The position numbers were made by a program, and so were the translations under genes. The notes beneath the pieces were generated by a model. It saw nothing but the letters and a program-made list of their open reading frames with translations, searched no databases and was not told the DNA's origin. 33,745 bases of DNA from a virus (taxonomy: Duplodnaviria; Caudoviricetes). Positions 6,829 to 16,100 of the stretch are shown in pieces. Numbering within the stretch: position 1 is the stretch's first letter; every line of letters begins with the position of its first letter. The stretch lies in the IMG/VR virus record IMGVR_UViG_3300037308_000012, positions 1-33,745 of that record. One strand, given 5' to 3'.

Positions 6829-9592
6829 CAACGCCAACAACTTCAGAGAATTCAACACCAGTACGCACTGCAACGAAGTTCAATGTGATGAAGTTGATGC
6901 TACGTGCCGGCTTGACAAAGATACTGGCCACAAACTCAGCGCGGTCAATAACTTCAGGTGTATTGTTTGACTCATCACAGATTACCTTGTAATCATAGAT
7001 ACCACGTCTTGCTTTCACCATACGGAGGAATGGTTCGACAGCACCTACGAACTGAGCACGAGTGAATGAATCATTGAACTCAAACAAGTGATATTTGGCT
7101 GATCTACCAATACTCTTTTCGAGTGTAATAAACAGGCGGCGGACATTGATGTAACTGAATGCACTGTTCTTCGTTAGCATAGTTCTATCGCCATAGAGGA
7201 ATGTGCCTTCTCCGGTGAAGCTTACTACGCTATTGATATTGGCTTTGTAAAGATCATCACGGCTTGCTTTGTTAGGATTGAATGCAAGGCTAACAACGTT
7301 CTTGATCATACCACGATTAAGACCCGCAGGGCTCCACCAGGCATCGTAGTCTGTTTCTGTTTGAGCGCAAAGACCCGCGATGTCGGCATTGAGTGGTACC
7401 CAACGATACTTGTCATTGATAACGTCATACTGCAACTTCCATCCGCTATCGCATACTGCAAAGCTGGTGTTGCGGTTAATGCCATTCACTGTATGAGTAA
7501 CAAAGTCTCTAACAGATTTTGTTGCTGATGTCTGTTCACGGTTTAGAACATCGATTAGGTTAGGGCTGAAGAATACGATGCAGTCTCTACGATACTCGGC
7601 AATGTTGTCGATGACATGGCGGATAACGTTCTTGCTCGTTGTAAATCCGCCAGCGTTGCCTACGAACAACAAGCTAACGTCAACTTCTTCTGCGTTCTTG
7701 AACATGTCCCATCCGGCGATAATTTCGCTGGCATCAGCGCGGTCACCATCAGAACCACCACCGAGGACCTTACTGAATGCGCCTTCAGACACGGCGTTCA
7801 AGCTGTAGAACGTGCGAGGAATACCCGTAGATGTTGCGCATGGAAGACCCCAATTCGTTGAAGCGGGGTCATCAGTCGCAAGGGTTGCGACTGCGGTTGC
7901 GCCATTACCACCAGATGTGATAACGACTGTTGGGTTACCGTAGTTAGTTCCACCATTGGTCACTTCGTAACCGATGATTTGACCTTCTGAGCTTGTGCCA
8001 ATCTCACCAATAATGGCGGTAACGACTGCGCCTGAACCACCAGGAGTGATGGTGACAGTAGGAGCCGATTCATAACCTTCACCCGCAGTGGTGTTAGTGA
8101 TCGACATAATCTTGCCAGCATTCAGACCCGTTCCAATAACTGCAGTTGCAGTGCCTGGAATGGATGGGTTGCCACCCGTGAGAGTGACTACGGCTGTTCC
8201 ATAAGATGCGCCATTAAGGTTCACGGTATAAGAAGCAATTGCCTTGCCTACGACAATTGTAAACAATGCGCCTGTTCCACCCGAAGGAACGACTGTGCTA
8301 GTTACGTTGGTTGATGTTCCAGCCGTTGCATAACCCGTGCCATGTGAGACGGTACCGGTTAGAATCTCACCACCAACATCTACCGTCAGAACGGTGTAGG
8401 TTGCAGTTCCACCTGTAATGGTTAGAACGTCGCCAACAGAGTAGCCTGAACCAGGATTGGTCAAAGTAACCGTCTTTGTGGTGCCTGTTGCTGCGAGAAC
8501 TGCGACTGCGGTTGCGCCTGAACCACCGTCAACAATTGAAACATTGGCCGTATAGTAGTTCTTACCTGCATTAACTGGGATAACAGAAGTAATAACGCCA
8601 CTGCTGTTCTTAAGAGCGGTTGCGGTTGCATCTTCGCCACTGTCTGTAAAGGTTACATAGACGGGTGAGGTATAGCCACTACCACGATTTGTGATTGTGA
8701 CACCTGTAATCGATCCATTTGCATCGATAGTTGCGACTGCGGTTGCGCCTACGCCGTTTCCTTGCTCGGGGGTCTCAGTTTCTGGATTATAGTCGGTGAT
8801 GGTGACAATTGGCTTGCCATAGTTAATACCAGGTGAAACGACGTTAATTTCGTCGATATAGTCTTCGACATCAAGGTCAACAGCACCTTTCACTGGACCG
8901 AAGTACCAGAGGTATTGGCTAACGTTGTTGATAACGTTTCCATAATAGTTAGGCTCGTTGTCGAGGCTCTTACAATCTGAAGCCTTGCTGAGGAATGAAT
9001 ACTTCTCGAGGATTGAGCCTGGGATACCAGTGAACTTACCCTTTTCGTCAACTACAACGATATGGACTTCGTCATTGGCTGCGCCAAGATTTGCAGCGTA
9101 TTGGCTAGTGCCAGGTGTAATATAATCAAACTCGTCCTTGTACTTCCAAGTGTTGAAGGTTGCACTGTCTGCCATGCTGACTTTGAGTGAGTCGCCAAGA
9201 ACGCCAGGGCAACGTGCGACAAAGAGTTCAGATACACCCGTGTCTGCAGCAACAAGTGTCTGCCAATGCTGCTTGTTCATAACAAGCAAGCCCGTGCCAT
9301 CGATGCTTGAGTTAAGAGCAGTCTGTTGGTCAACGATACGGACCAATTTCAAGTTGTCGCTGTATGAGAGGAAGTTAAAGGCGCTAAACCAATCGACATA
9401 ATTTTCGTCAGTTGGCTTTCCAAAGATCTTGACGAGAGTGTTTGAATCATTGATGAGCGCATATTCGTTTACTGGACCCCAGACGAATTGACCTACGAAT
9501 GCACCACCTGAAGTACCTGTTGTTGGTACAAAGTTGGTTAAGTCAATTTCGCGAATCTGGACGCCAGGACTAAGCTGTTTTGCAAATGCCAT
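6824..9592 (-). CDS. gp18: Contractile tail sheath protein (T4 gp18 family), 922 aa, with a Gly/Thr-rich insertion
   Basis: Motifs LSPGVQIREIDLT, GAFVGQFVWGPV, WVPLNADIAGLCA, WWSPAGLNRG, INVRRLF, FEFND.FTR and KPARSINFITLNFVAVRTGVEF.E. Confidence 0.99.
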   Translation of the reverse strand: MAFAKQLSPGVQIREIDLTNFVPTTGTSGGAFVGQFVWGPVNEYALINDSNTLVKIFGKPTDENYVDWFSAFNFLSYSDNLKLVRIVDQQTALNSSIDGTGLLVMNKQHWQTLVAADTGVSELFVARCPGVLGDSLKVSMADSATFNTWKYKDEFDYITPGTSQYAANLGAANDEVHIVVVDEKGKFTGIPGSILEKYSFLSKASDCKSLDNEPNYYGNVINNVSQYLWYFGPVKGAVDLDVEDYIDEINVVSPGINYGKPIVTITDYNPETETPEQGNGVGATAVATIDANGSITGVTITNRGSGYTSPVYVTFTDSGEDATATALKNSSGVITSVIPVNAGKNYYTANVSIVDGGSGATAVAVLAATGTTKTVTLTNPGSGYSVGDVLTITGGTATYTVLTVDVGGEILTGTVSHGTGYATAGTSTNVTSTVVPSGGTGALFTIVVGKAIASYTVNLNGASYGTAVVTLTGGNPSIPGTATAVIGTGLNAGKIMSITNTTAGEGYESAPTVTITPGGSGAVVTAIIGEIGTSSEGQIIGYEVTNGGTNYGNPTVVITSGGNGATAVATLATDDPASTNWGLPCATSTGIPRTFYSLNAVSEGAFSKVLGGGSDGDRADASEIIAGWDMFKNAEEVDVSLLFVGNAGGFTTSKNVIRHVIDNIAEYRRDCIVFFSPNLIDVLNREQTSATKSVRDFVTHTVNGINRNTSFAVCDSGWKLQYDVINDKYRWVPLNADIAGLCAQTETDYDAWWSPAGLNRGMIKNVVSLAFNPNKASRDDLYKANINSVVSFTGEGTFLYGDRTMLTKNSAFSYINVRRLFITLEKSIGRSAKYHLFEFNDSFTRAQFVGAVEPFLRMVKARRGIYDYKVICDESNNTPEVIDRAEFVASIFVKPARSINFITLNFVAVRTGVEFSEVVGVV

Positions 9593-9713
9593 AGTCTTCT
9601 CCTTATTATTCGGTAAATTTGAATGGAATGACTTCCATTTCCAGTTCCCAATCGTCTATGTCACGCATAGATTCACTTCGGTTGGTGTTCACATTATTAT
9701 TGTTTTACGAAGG

Positions 9714-9721
9714 TATTTATA
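9714..9721 (-). promoter_or_regulatory. T4-type late promoter (TATAAATA)
   Basis: Exact TATAAATA immediately after the gp17 stop and upstream of gp18. Confidence 0.85.
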
Positions 9722-9723
9722 TT

Positions 9724-11109
9724 TTAAGAATTCCAAATTCTGGACCTAAATACCTCATCGGCATATTCAGTACCATCATCGTAATAGCCGAACACCAACG
9801 AGTTGTCTGTTTCTCTTTCCTTCGCTTCTTTCAGCAACACATCTATACCCTTGAGAGACAAATCTTCAAACATCGTTTGAGTGGTGAGCCAAGCGAAATT
9901 AACTAATGGCATAACCAAATCATCATGTCTTTTCTTCTCTGCTTCATACGAATTGCGAACCTTTATAAAGCACGATAGTTCTTGAATGGTGTTAAAATCG
10001 ACAATTTGCAGTAAGCCTTCTTCTATCAATGTCTTGAGAGCCGAACACCCAATCATTTTAGTCTTTCGATTCATAGTAACACCAAAAGCCTCCATATTGT
10101 TGCCCGTATATCTTTCTTCTCCGCCTTTAACTTTTGAGCTTACAACATTCTCGTAATCATGTTCGTAGAACATCTCATCCGCAACAATCTTACCTACGCT
10201 GTTATTCTCTACGAGAATATGCGCTAGATTATACCTTTGAGCAATCTGTAAGATTGTCCCTGTGATCAACCAAGGACTGATGTCGTTCCTCCTAAATACA
10301 AACACTTGCTCATATGGTTTAGAGGTTATGTCTATCACGACCGCCGTGCTAAAGTCGCGACCTATGCCCTCTCCTACGTCTACGCACACGACATAGGTAT
10401 GATCTATAATGGGCTTCTTATAAAGGTAGTGATAATCTGACTCTGTAATAGGATTTTGATAGACCATCTTCTCAAGGCACTCACCAGAGATAAGCGTATC
10501 GCTGCTTCCTAAGAACTCACAAGCGTGTTCTTGTTTGAACTGAGCCAGTGAGGTGTTTCTGATAGTCTCTTTCTTCCAAGCTTCATCTCTATCAGGATGG
10601 CATTCCCAGGTAAATTTCACTGGATAGAACTCGTTCCTATTGTGTTGAGCGTCTGTGTATATCTTGTAAAATAAGTTCATTCCATTTGGAGTAGAGGTAA
10701 TGATGATCTTTGTTTTCTTTCCTGAGGCAATAACCGGATAGGTAGAGGTAAAGAACTCTACATCGTTTTGCACAAAAGCGAACTCATCCAAATAGACGCA
10801 CTGATGTGACAGAATCCCATTTGAAAAGTAGTTGTGTGTTTCTTCTACTTCTACGGGGTCAAACACCTCAACCAACTCATTCGATTTGGTTTTGAAAATA
10901 AGTACAACTTCACCATTAGTAGAAATAACTTTATCAGATTCTTTCAAATCTTTAGATTCGATGTAACCTTTAGATGTCATAATCTTGTGTTCAGGGGTCG
11001 TTTTTAACCACGATCCATCGGAAAAATATAATTCGATAATATCTTTTCTGGCAGAAACTCTAACCCCATCAAACTCTCTAAACACTCCTCCTTCTGATAA
11101 AATCTTCAT
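9724..11109 (-). CDS. gp17: Terminase large subunit, C-terminal part (Walker B plus nuclease domain), preceded by the C-fragment of a split intein
   Basis: The intein end GILSHQ is followed by CVYLDEFAFV, IITSTPNGMNLFY, QEHACEFLGS, VDVGEGIGRDFS and HDDLVM. Confidence 0.95.
   Translation of the reverse strand: MKILSEGGVFREFDGVRVSARKDIIELYFSDGSWLKTTPEHKIMTSKGYIESKDLKESDKVISTNGEVVLIFKTKSNELVEVFDPVEVEETHNYFSNGILSHQCVYLDEFAFVQNDVEFFTSTYPVIASGKKTKIIITSTPNGMNLFYKIYTDAQHNRNEFYPVKFTWECHPDRDEAWKKETIRNTSLAQFKQEHACEFLGSSDTLISGECLEKMVYQNPITESDYHYLYKKPIIDHTYVVCVDVGEGIGRDFSTAVVIDITSKPYEQVFVFRRNDISPWLITGTILQIAQRYNLAHILVENNSVGKIVADEMFYEHDYENVVSSKVKGGEERYTGNNMEAFGVTMNRKTKMIGCSALKTLIEEGLLQIVDFNTIQELSCFIKVRNSYEAEKKRHDDLVMPLVNFAWLTTQTMFEDLSLKGIDVLLKEAKERETDNSLVFGYYDDGTEYADEVFRSRIWNS
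10801..11109 (-). mobile_element. Split intein C-fragment (103 aa) containing blocks B, F and G and ending His-Gln before Cys+1
   Basis: LKTTPEHK (block B TxxH), VEVFDPVEVEETHNYFSNGILSHQ/C (blocks F and G). It has its own ATG at 11109. Confidence 0.93.
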
Positions 11110-11681
11110 AGTTTCTTTCCCACCCCATTGATGATACTTATTTTCCTTCGAGTTTTTCTGAACGTTTGATTTCTTTATGCTTCTCTGCTGTCTTTCTTAT
11201 CTTTTCGGGATTCTTATTAATTTTGTTAATATGATTCTAAGGCATCGGAAATTTTCTGATAATGATCTGATTTGTATTGTTGTTTCATAATCAACTCTTT
11301 ATTCTGCTCCCAATAAACTTTCTTCAAAGAAGACATCGAACTTTTTTCTACATCGGTCCTATTTTGCAAAAAAGCGAGTCTTTCTTCTTCATAAAGACGA
11401 GATGATATTCTTATTCCGCGAGTATTGCTCATCATAAAAAGAGCAACTGCCATTTTTGCTCTCTTTTCTCCTTCATTCATTCTAACAAGAAGTTTATGGG
11501 CAACAAAATGTTCTCTTAGAGTTAAAAGAACGGTGTTGTTTTGATCACCACCACCAAAAGATCGTGGGATGATATGATGTCTCTCATAGTAGTTCTCGTT
11601 TTTATACCTTTCTTCTGATAATGCTTTCATAATCAAACGATTATAGATTTTCTCGTATTTGTTTTCTTTTATGATCGGCAT
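11106..11681 (-). pseudogene. HNH homing endonuclease with a frameshifted NUMOD3-type tail, lying between the intein halves
   Basis: HNH core YYERHHIIPRSFGGGDQNNTVLLTLREHFVAHKLL is intact, with a possible internal start MPIIKENKY at 11681. After the stop at 11226-11228 the family-like sequence continues in the +1 frame (KINKNPEKIRKTAEKHKEIKRSEK), then in the original frame (TRRKIS...KKL*), whose TGA overlaps the ATG at 11109. Confidence 0.8.
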
Positions 11682-12341
11682 ACTATTTTTTTCTTTTTCA
11701 CAGAAATCGAACTTGTTGATTTTATACTTATCATTTTCAAAAAGTTCTTGAATAGTTATCTTTTCTACTACCCCATCATCATTCTGTATTACAATTTCTG
11801 TTTCACCTACTACACAGTTGATCGAGAAGCCACGGATACTGCTGTTTGTCGTCGGTCCTGCAAATATCTTGCTGCCATTGCTGAACTCTATTGATCCCTT
11901 GTTCCACTCGACCACTCCAGGCTTAAGCCACCAGGGAAGCAACTCATACATCATCTTCAAACGACCTAGGATTTCTCTACTCTTAGAAGCATTGTTAGCG
12001 AGGATGGCTATTGCATAATCTTTGTTAAAGATTGCTTCGTACAGTAGAAACGCGCATACGGTGATGGTCTTTCCCATTTGACGAGAAAGAGTTGCGACTG
12101 TAAACCTGTTCTGACGGAATATAGCTAGCATCTCTTTCTGAAATTCGTAAGGTTTGAAAAGGATCTTGCCTTCGTCTAATGAGATAATATAAACGTAATT
12201 GGTTAAGAAATAAACTACATCCTTCTGGCACTTCACAATCTCAGCGACTTGCTCTGGAGTGTATTGAAGTATCACACCCTTTTTCTTTAACTCTTGATTG
12301 CCTTTGTAATAAGGAGTAGGTGGACTCTGTTCGTAGTTCAT
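11226..12341 (-). CDS. gp17: Terminase large subunit, N-terminal ATPase part (175 aa) plus intein N-fragment plus in-frame HNH domain
   Basis: Motifs YKGNQELKK, YEFQKEM, Walker A SRQMGKT, ILAN...SREIL, YELLP.WL.PGV.EWNKGSIE.SNGS and SSIRG.S, then the intein start CVVGETEI at residue 176. Confidence 0.95.
   Translation of the reverse strand: MNYEQSPPTPYYKGNQELKKKGVILQYTPEQVAEIVKCQKDVVYFLTNYVYIISLDEGKILFKPYEFQKEMLAIFRQNRFTVATLSRQMGKTITVCAFLLYEAIFNKDYAIAILANNASKSREILGRLKMMYELLPWWLKPGVVEWNKGSIEFSNGSKIFAGPTTNSSIRGFSINCVVGETEIVIQNDDGVVEKITIQELFENDKYKINKFDFCEKEKNSMPIIKENKYEKIYNRLIMKALSEERYKNENYYERHHIIPRSFGGGDQNNTVLLTLREHFVAHKLLVRMNEGEKRAKMAVALFMMSNTRGIRISSRLYEEERLAFLQNRTDVEKSSMSSLKKVYWEQNKELIMKQQYKSDHYQKISDALESY
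11730..11816 (-). mobile_element. Short split intein N-fragment (block A, about 29 aa; 3' boundary approximate)
   Basis: CVVGETEIVIQNDDGVVEKITIQELFE is a typical intein block A plus the following strands. Block B is not in this ORF. Confidence 0.88.
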
Positions 12342-12346
12342 AACAG

Positions 12347-12769
12347 TTATCCCATGTGCGATTTGATTTGCTCTATTAGACTATCGCTAGTTCCTACGAA
12401 TACAACATTGTTTACGGGAGAGCGTTGCGATTGTTCATCAGACTGAGTGGGCAAGATCTTTTGTGGTCCGCTGACTTCGATTAAGTCCTTATTCAAATCA
12501 GCATACGTCCTTACTAGAAGAGCAAATGTCTCATACATCCTAGCACCAGGATTGCTCCTTACTTCATCGACTGCGTCGCTTACAACCAGTTCTACTTCGG
12601 CAATGAGATTTCTAATGTTGTCTCTCGCTGCAACGTAGTCTTCTTTCTTGTTCTTTATCACCATCGCAGTGAAGTCGTCCTGTGTCGCTGGGACTAGGCT
12701 GGTCACTTTCTGCGGTCTTTCAAAGAGCTTAGGTTCCACCCCTAAGCTCTCAGCAATTTTATCGGTCAT
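12347..12769 (-). CDS. gp16: Terminase small subunit (T4 gp16 family), 140 aa
   Basis: Directly upstream of gp17. Motifs DYVAARDNIRNLI, PGARMYETFA.L and NNVVFVGTSDSL. The ATG at 12769 with a GAGG SD is preferred over the ORF-track start at 12826. Confidence 0.92.
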   Translation of the reverse strand: MTDKIAESLGVEPKLFERPQKVTSLVPATQDDFTAMVIKNKKEDYVAARDNIRNLIAEVELVVSDAVDEVRSNPGARMYETFALLVRTYADLNKDLIEVSGPQKILPTQSDEQSQRSPVNNVVFVGTSDSLIEQIKSHMG

Positions 12770-12776
12770 TATTATA

Positions 12777-13087
12777 CTACCTCTTTTCTTCTTTCCAGGA
12801 GTCTTTAAGTTTTTGACGGTGTTCATCAGAACACGTTCTCCCGATTAGAGATTTATAAATTGCAGCAGAATGATTGTCTGAGTGGTTTCGACCTTTTCGA
12901 GTTTGACTCATTTTCTTTTCATCATCAAACATCTTACCTTTATTAGGAGATTCTCTATTTTGCATTCTTTCACTATGTCTTCGTAGTCCATCAGTCATTA
13001 GGACAGCACCTACGAGTATAACAGACTCCGATAATACTATCGATCAAGGTCTTTCTATCCGATAAGATATGCATAAGGTTGAAACAT
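12777..13087 (-). pseudogene. Decayed free-standing homing endonuclease (GIY-YIG/Seg-like N-terminus plus NUMOD3 repeats)
   Basis: AGGAG SD and ATG at 13087 give MFQPYAYLIG*KDLDR*YY, then a frameshift to GVCYTRRCCPND*WTT, recalling the PYTYLIGW....WYYGVRY...C.P.DLW family. It then joins NUMOD3-like SPNKGK..KKMSQTRKGRNHS..CSDEHRQKLK. Confidence 0.75.
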
Positions 13088-13116
13088 AATTGCTCTCCTA
13101 TAGATACCATGATGTT

Positions 13117-13124
13117 TATTTATA
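13117..13124 (-). promoter_or_regulatory. T4-type late promoter (TATAAATA)
   Basis: Exact TATAAATA overlapping the TAA stop of the LamG ORF, upstream of the endonuclease remnant, gp16 and gp17. Confidence 0.85.
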
Positions 13125-16100
13125 CAATTTCGGCACGAACTTTGCTCCTTATTATGTCGTTATAATGGTAGTCTTTATGGTCCTCTGCCACAACACTGAA
13201 CAGCGCGCTAGTGTCAAGTTCAATGAACTCATAGTACCCTGTATCTGGATCGCTTACGACTTCTGCCACAGGAGCATAACTCCAGTATTCTATGAGCACC
13301 ACCTTTCTAGACATTGGTTGACCTCCAGCATCAGTAACGGTTCCCCATATCTTGCCTTGTCCAAACCATCGTCCGTTATCAAAGTTCTTTTTCTTTGATA
13401 GCATAGTATCAACAGTTGATACTCTTGGTAATGCGGGAGGAGATAAATTACCCTCTTCTCGTATATATTGAATCATTGAATCAGAAGCGATACCATCAAA
13501 TATAGACACTTCATCGAGTTTTCCTACGAAGTTACCTAGTACGAGATTGTTATCGGGATCAACCAATTCTGGTAAGTTACTTTGAGCTTGAGCTAAAAGA
13601 GTTGTGCTTGGAATGAAATCTGTAGTATAAGAAACTACCCATTTCAGAATCCTAAAGTTAGAAATAAAACCTCTAAAACGATACTCACTAGCGCTTATTG
13701 TCTCATCGGACAATAGTCCTAAAACAGATAAACCTCCACCAAATAATGGTACAGATTCCTCATACTTCTTAACACCGTTTACGAATATTTTGAGTAGACC
13801 ATCTTCTCTTGTGATGGCGCAGTGCGTCCAAGTGTACAATAGTACCGTGTCGAGAGTGGTGAGTGTAGTTCCGTAGAGCCACTTTAGTTCAGTCCCTGCT
13901 GATACGATTCCTACTTTGTCTGTCTGTGCTATTGTGTTACCTTGACTCCAAAGGTAAATAGGTTTAGTCTCTGATCCATACTGGTGCAGTTCAAACCAGA
14001 ATTCTAAAGTAAAGTCTTCACTGCTTATAACAGATCCAGTTATGAGTTGGATATAGTCATCGTCGCCGTCAAACCAACAAGCACCTCTCTCCAAAATCGA
14101 TGACGGTCTAACAATTTGTGGCTGACCGATGAGTTTGACTGAGTTAGGCAAACTTGATGGATTTGAGAAGAATGCCAACAAGCGGGTGTTAGAAAACGAC
14201 TTGAACTTGGTTGGGAACTGTTCTGTTGGTGGAGTGAAATTTGAGAGGTAACGTGCAACGCCTCTAGTATAGCGGAATCCATCCATATAACCTATATAGC
14301 GACTTCCAGTGGAGATAGATGTTGGCGCACCCAAATAGATAGTGTCATCGAGAGCATTCGCATCGAATGGAGTTGATGCCTCTAAAATCTTAACACCATT
14401 TATAAAGACTTGTTTAAGATTGCCTCTCCTCTGCCAAACCACATGATTCCATCCCGAAAGTGAAAGAGTTGATGACGACAATGATGTCGTTCCAGGGCAT
14501 GTAAAATAAAGACTATTTGACGAGATACCTATTGAGAATCCGTAAATTTGGTTAACATCTTTCGTCATTAACCAACGTGTGGAAGAAACTGTAGGATAAA
14601 ACCAACCCTCAATTGTAAAGTCTGTTACACCGGGAACCATCGAGAAGTTAAACTCCGCGACAGACCATTGACAATTGCTTTCTATTGACGAGCTTGTCAT
14701 CGAAGGATACGTGAGATCGACGGCTACATCAAACTTTGCTTCAGCCCCTCTTAATGTTCGGACTGAATTCGGTAATGTGACATTTGAAGGAATATCTTGA
14801 ATCTTTCTGCGTCTGATTGGAAGAAGCCCTGTATGCGGTTTGGTAGATGAATACACAAACTCTGTAGGATAACGCCCTGTTCCTTTGGTGATCCTGATGT
14901 CATCAAGCCATCCCTTGAAGTACGCTGCATCCCCGCCAGCCCATTTTCCGATTAAAAGACTTGCACCAATATCAGGAATGGTGACTGAGTTGGTTGAGGT
15001 TGCAATAGAGACTCCATCAATCCAAATTGTGAAAACGTTTCCAACTCTAGTCAAGGCAAAATGATGCCATTGAGAATCGTGAACTGTTGTTCCGCTAAGA
15101 GTAATAACATTAACGCTCAAATTGTAAGCCTCGAAAGTCCATCCACTCTTGCTCGCAGAAATCTGAACATTGCTGGAACTTAAGTAATGCGAGTAAACGA
15201 ATTGAGAACCTGCTGTATCACTGTAGATCGTATGTGGTAGAATTCTAAACTTGTACCAGAATTCTATGGTAAAATCTCCTGTTCCATAGTTCCAGTCATC
15301 ACTATCTGCTAGAGAGAGATAACCTGTAGTTCCATCGAATTGTGCGCTTGCTGTTTCAAATCTCTTAGTTGAGGTCACCGTTGTGACAGTCCCATTGACA
15401 GTCACCGTCTTGTTTGAGTTAGAAGAATCTGTAAACGTCGTACCACCATCAGTACCATCACAATTTAAAAGGAGCATCACGTTGTTGGCATAAGTATCAC
15501 CAACCAATGTCTTCTCTGCCCATGTCATTCCATACCTTACAACACCACGAGTAAGTCTAACATCGTCGATGTTGCCATAGAATGATTCGAGAGCAGAGTT
15601 GTTGGCTCCAATAGACACTTTTGTTTTGTAAAGGACTAATTGGCTGTTTTCTCTTAGAGAAACGAAATTTAATGGCATAGGATATGTAAACTCACTCACA
15701 CTTGATCTTATGGTGTGACTGGTAGTTCCTGTAAACCTAGAGGCTCCAGCAAATAATAGTCCAGTGAGGTTTGAGTATGCAGGATTGGCTTCTGTTACGG
15801 GATCACCACTGGCTTGCCACACCCCGTTCTTGCTAAACCATATCTTGCCATTCTTAACAGCGACTCCTATGACGTCATTCGCTGTCCAGGTAGACCCGTA
15901 GGTTGCTCCTATTGCATTGTTAAACTTTTGAGCAGTTCCTCCTAGATATCCCCAACTATCCAAGCTACTTCCAACATAATAATTTATTGGATTAAGTGAT
16001 ATCGCTGTAACTCCTACGAATTGCTGATTGGAAGTGTGTGTTGTAGTAAAGACAATCTCAAAGTATGTTCCTACGCTAGACTGAGAATTGAAATAAGATG

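Noticed and set aside
10801-11816. Group I intron interrupting gp17
   Set aside because: The boundaries are protein-level intein motifs (Cys1, TxxH, HQ/C), and the non-coding gap of about 116 nt is too short for a ribozyme core.
12770-12826. Longer gp16 start at 12826
   Set aside because: It overlaps the endonuclease relic. The ATG at 12769 has an SD and a plausible gp16 N-terminus.
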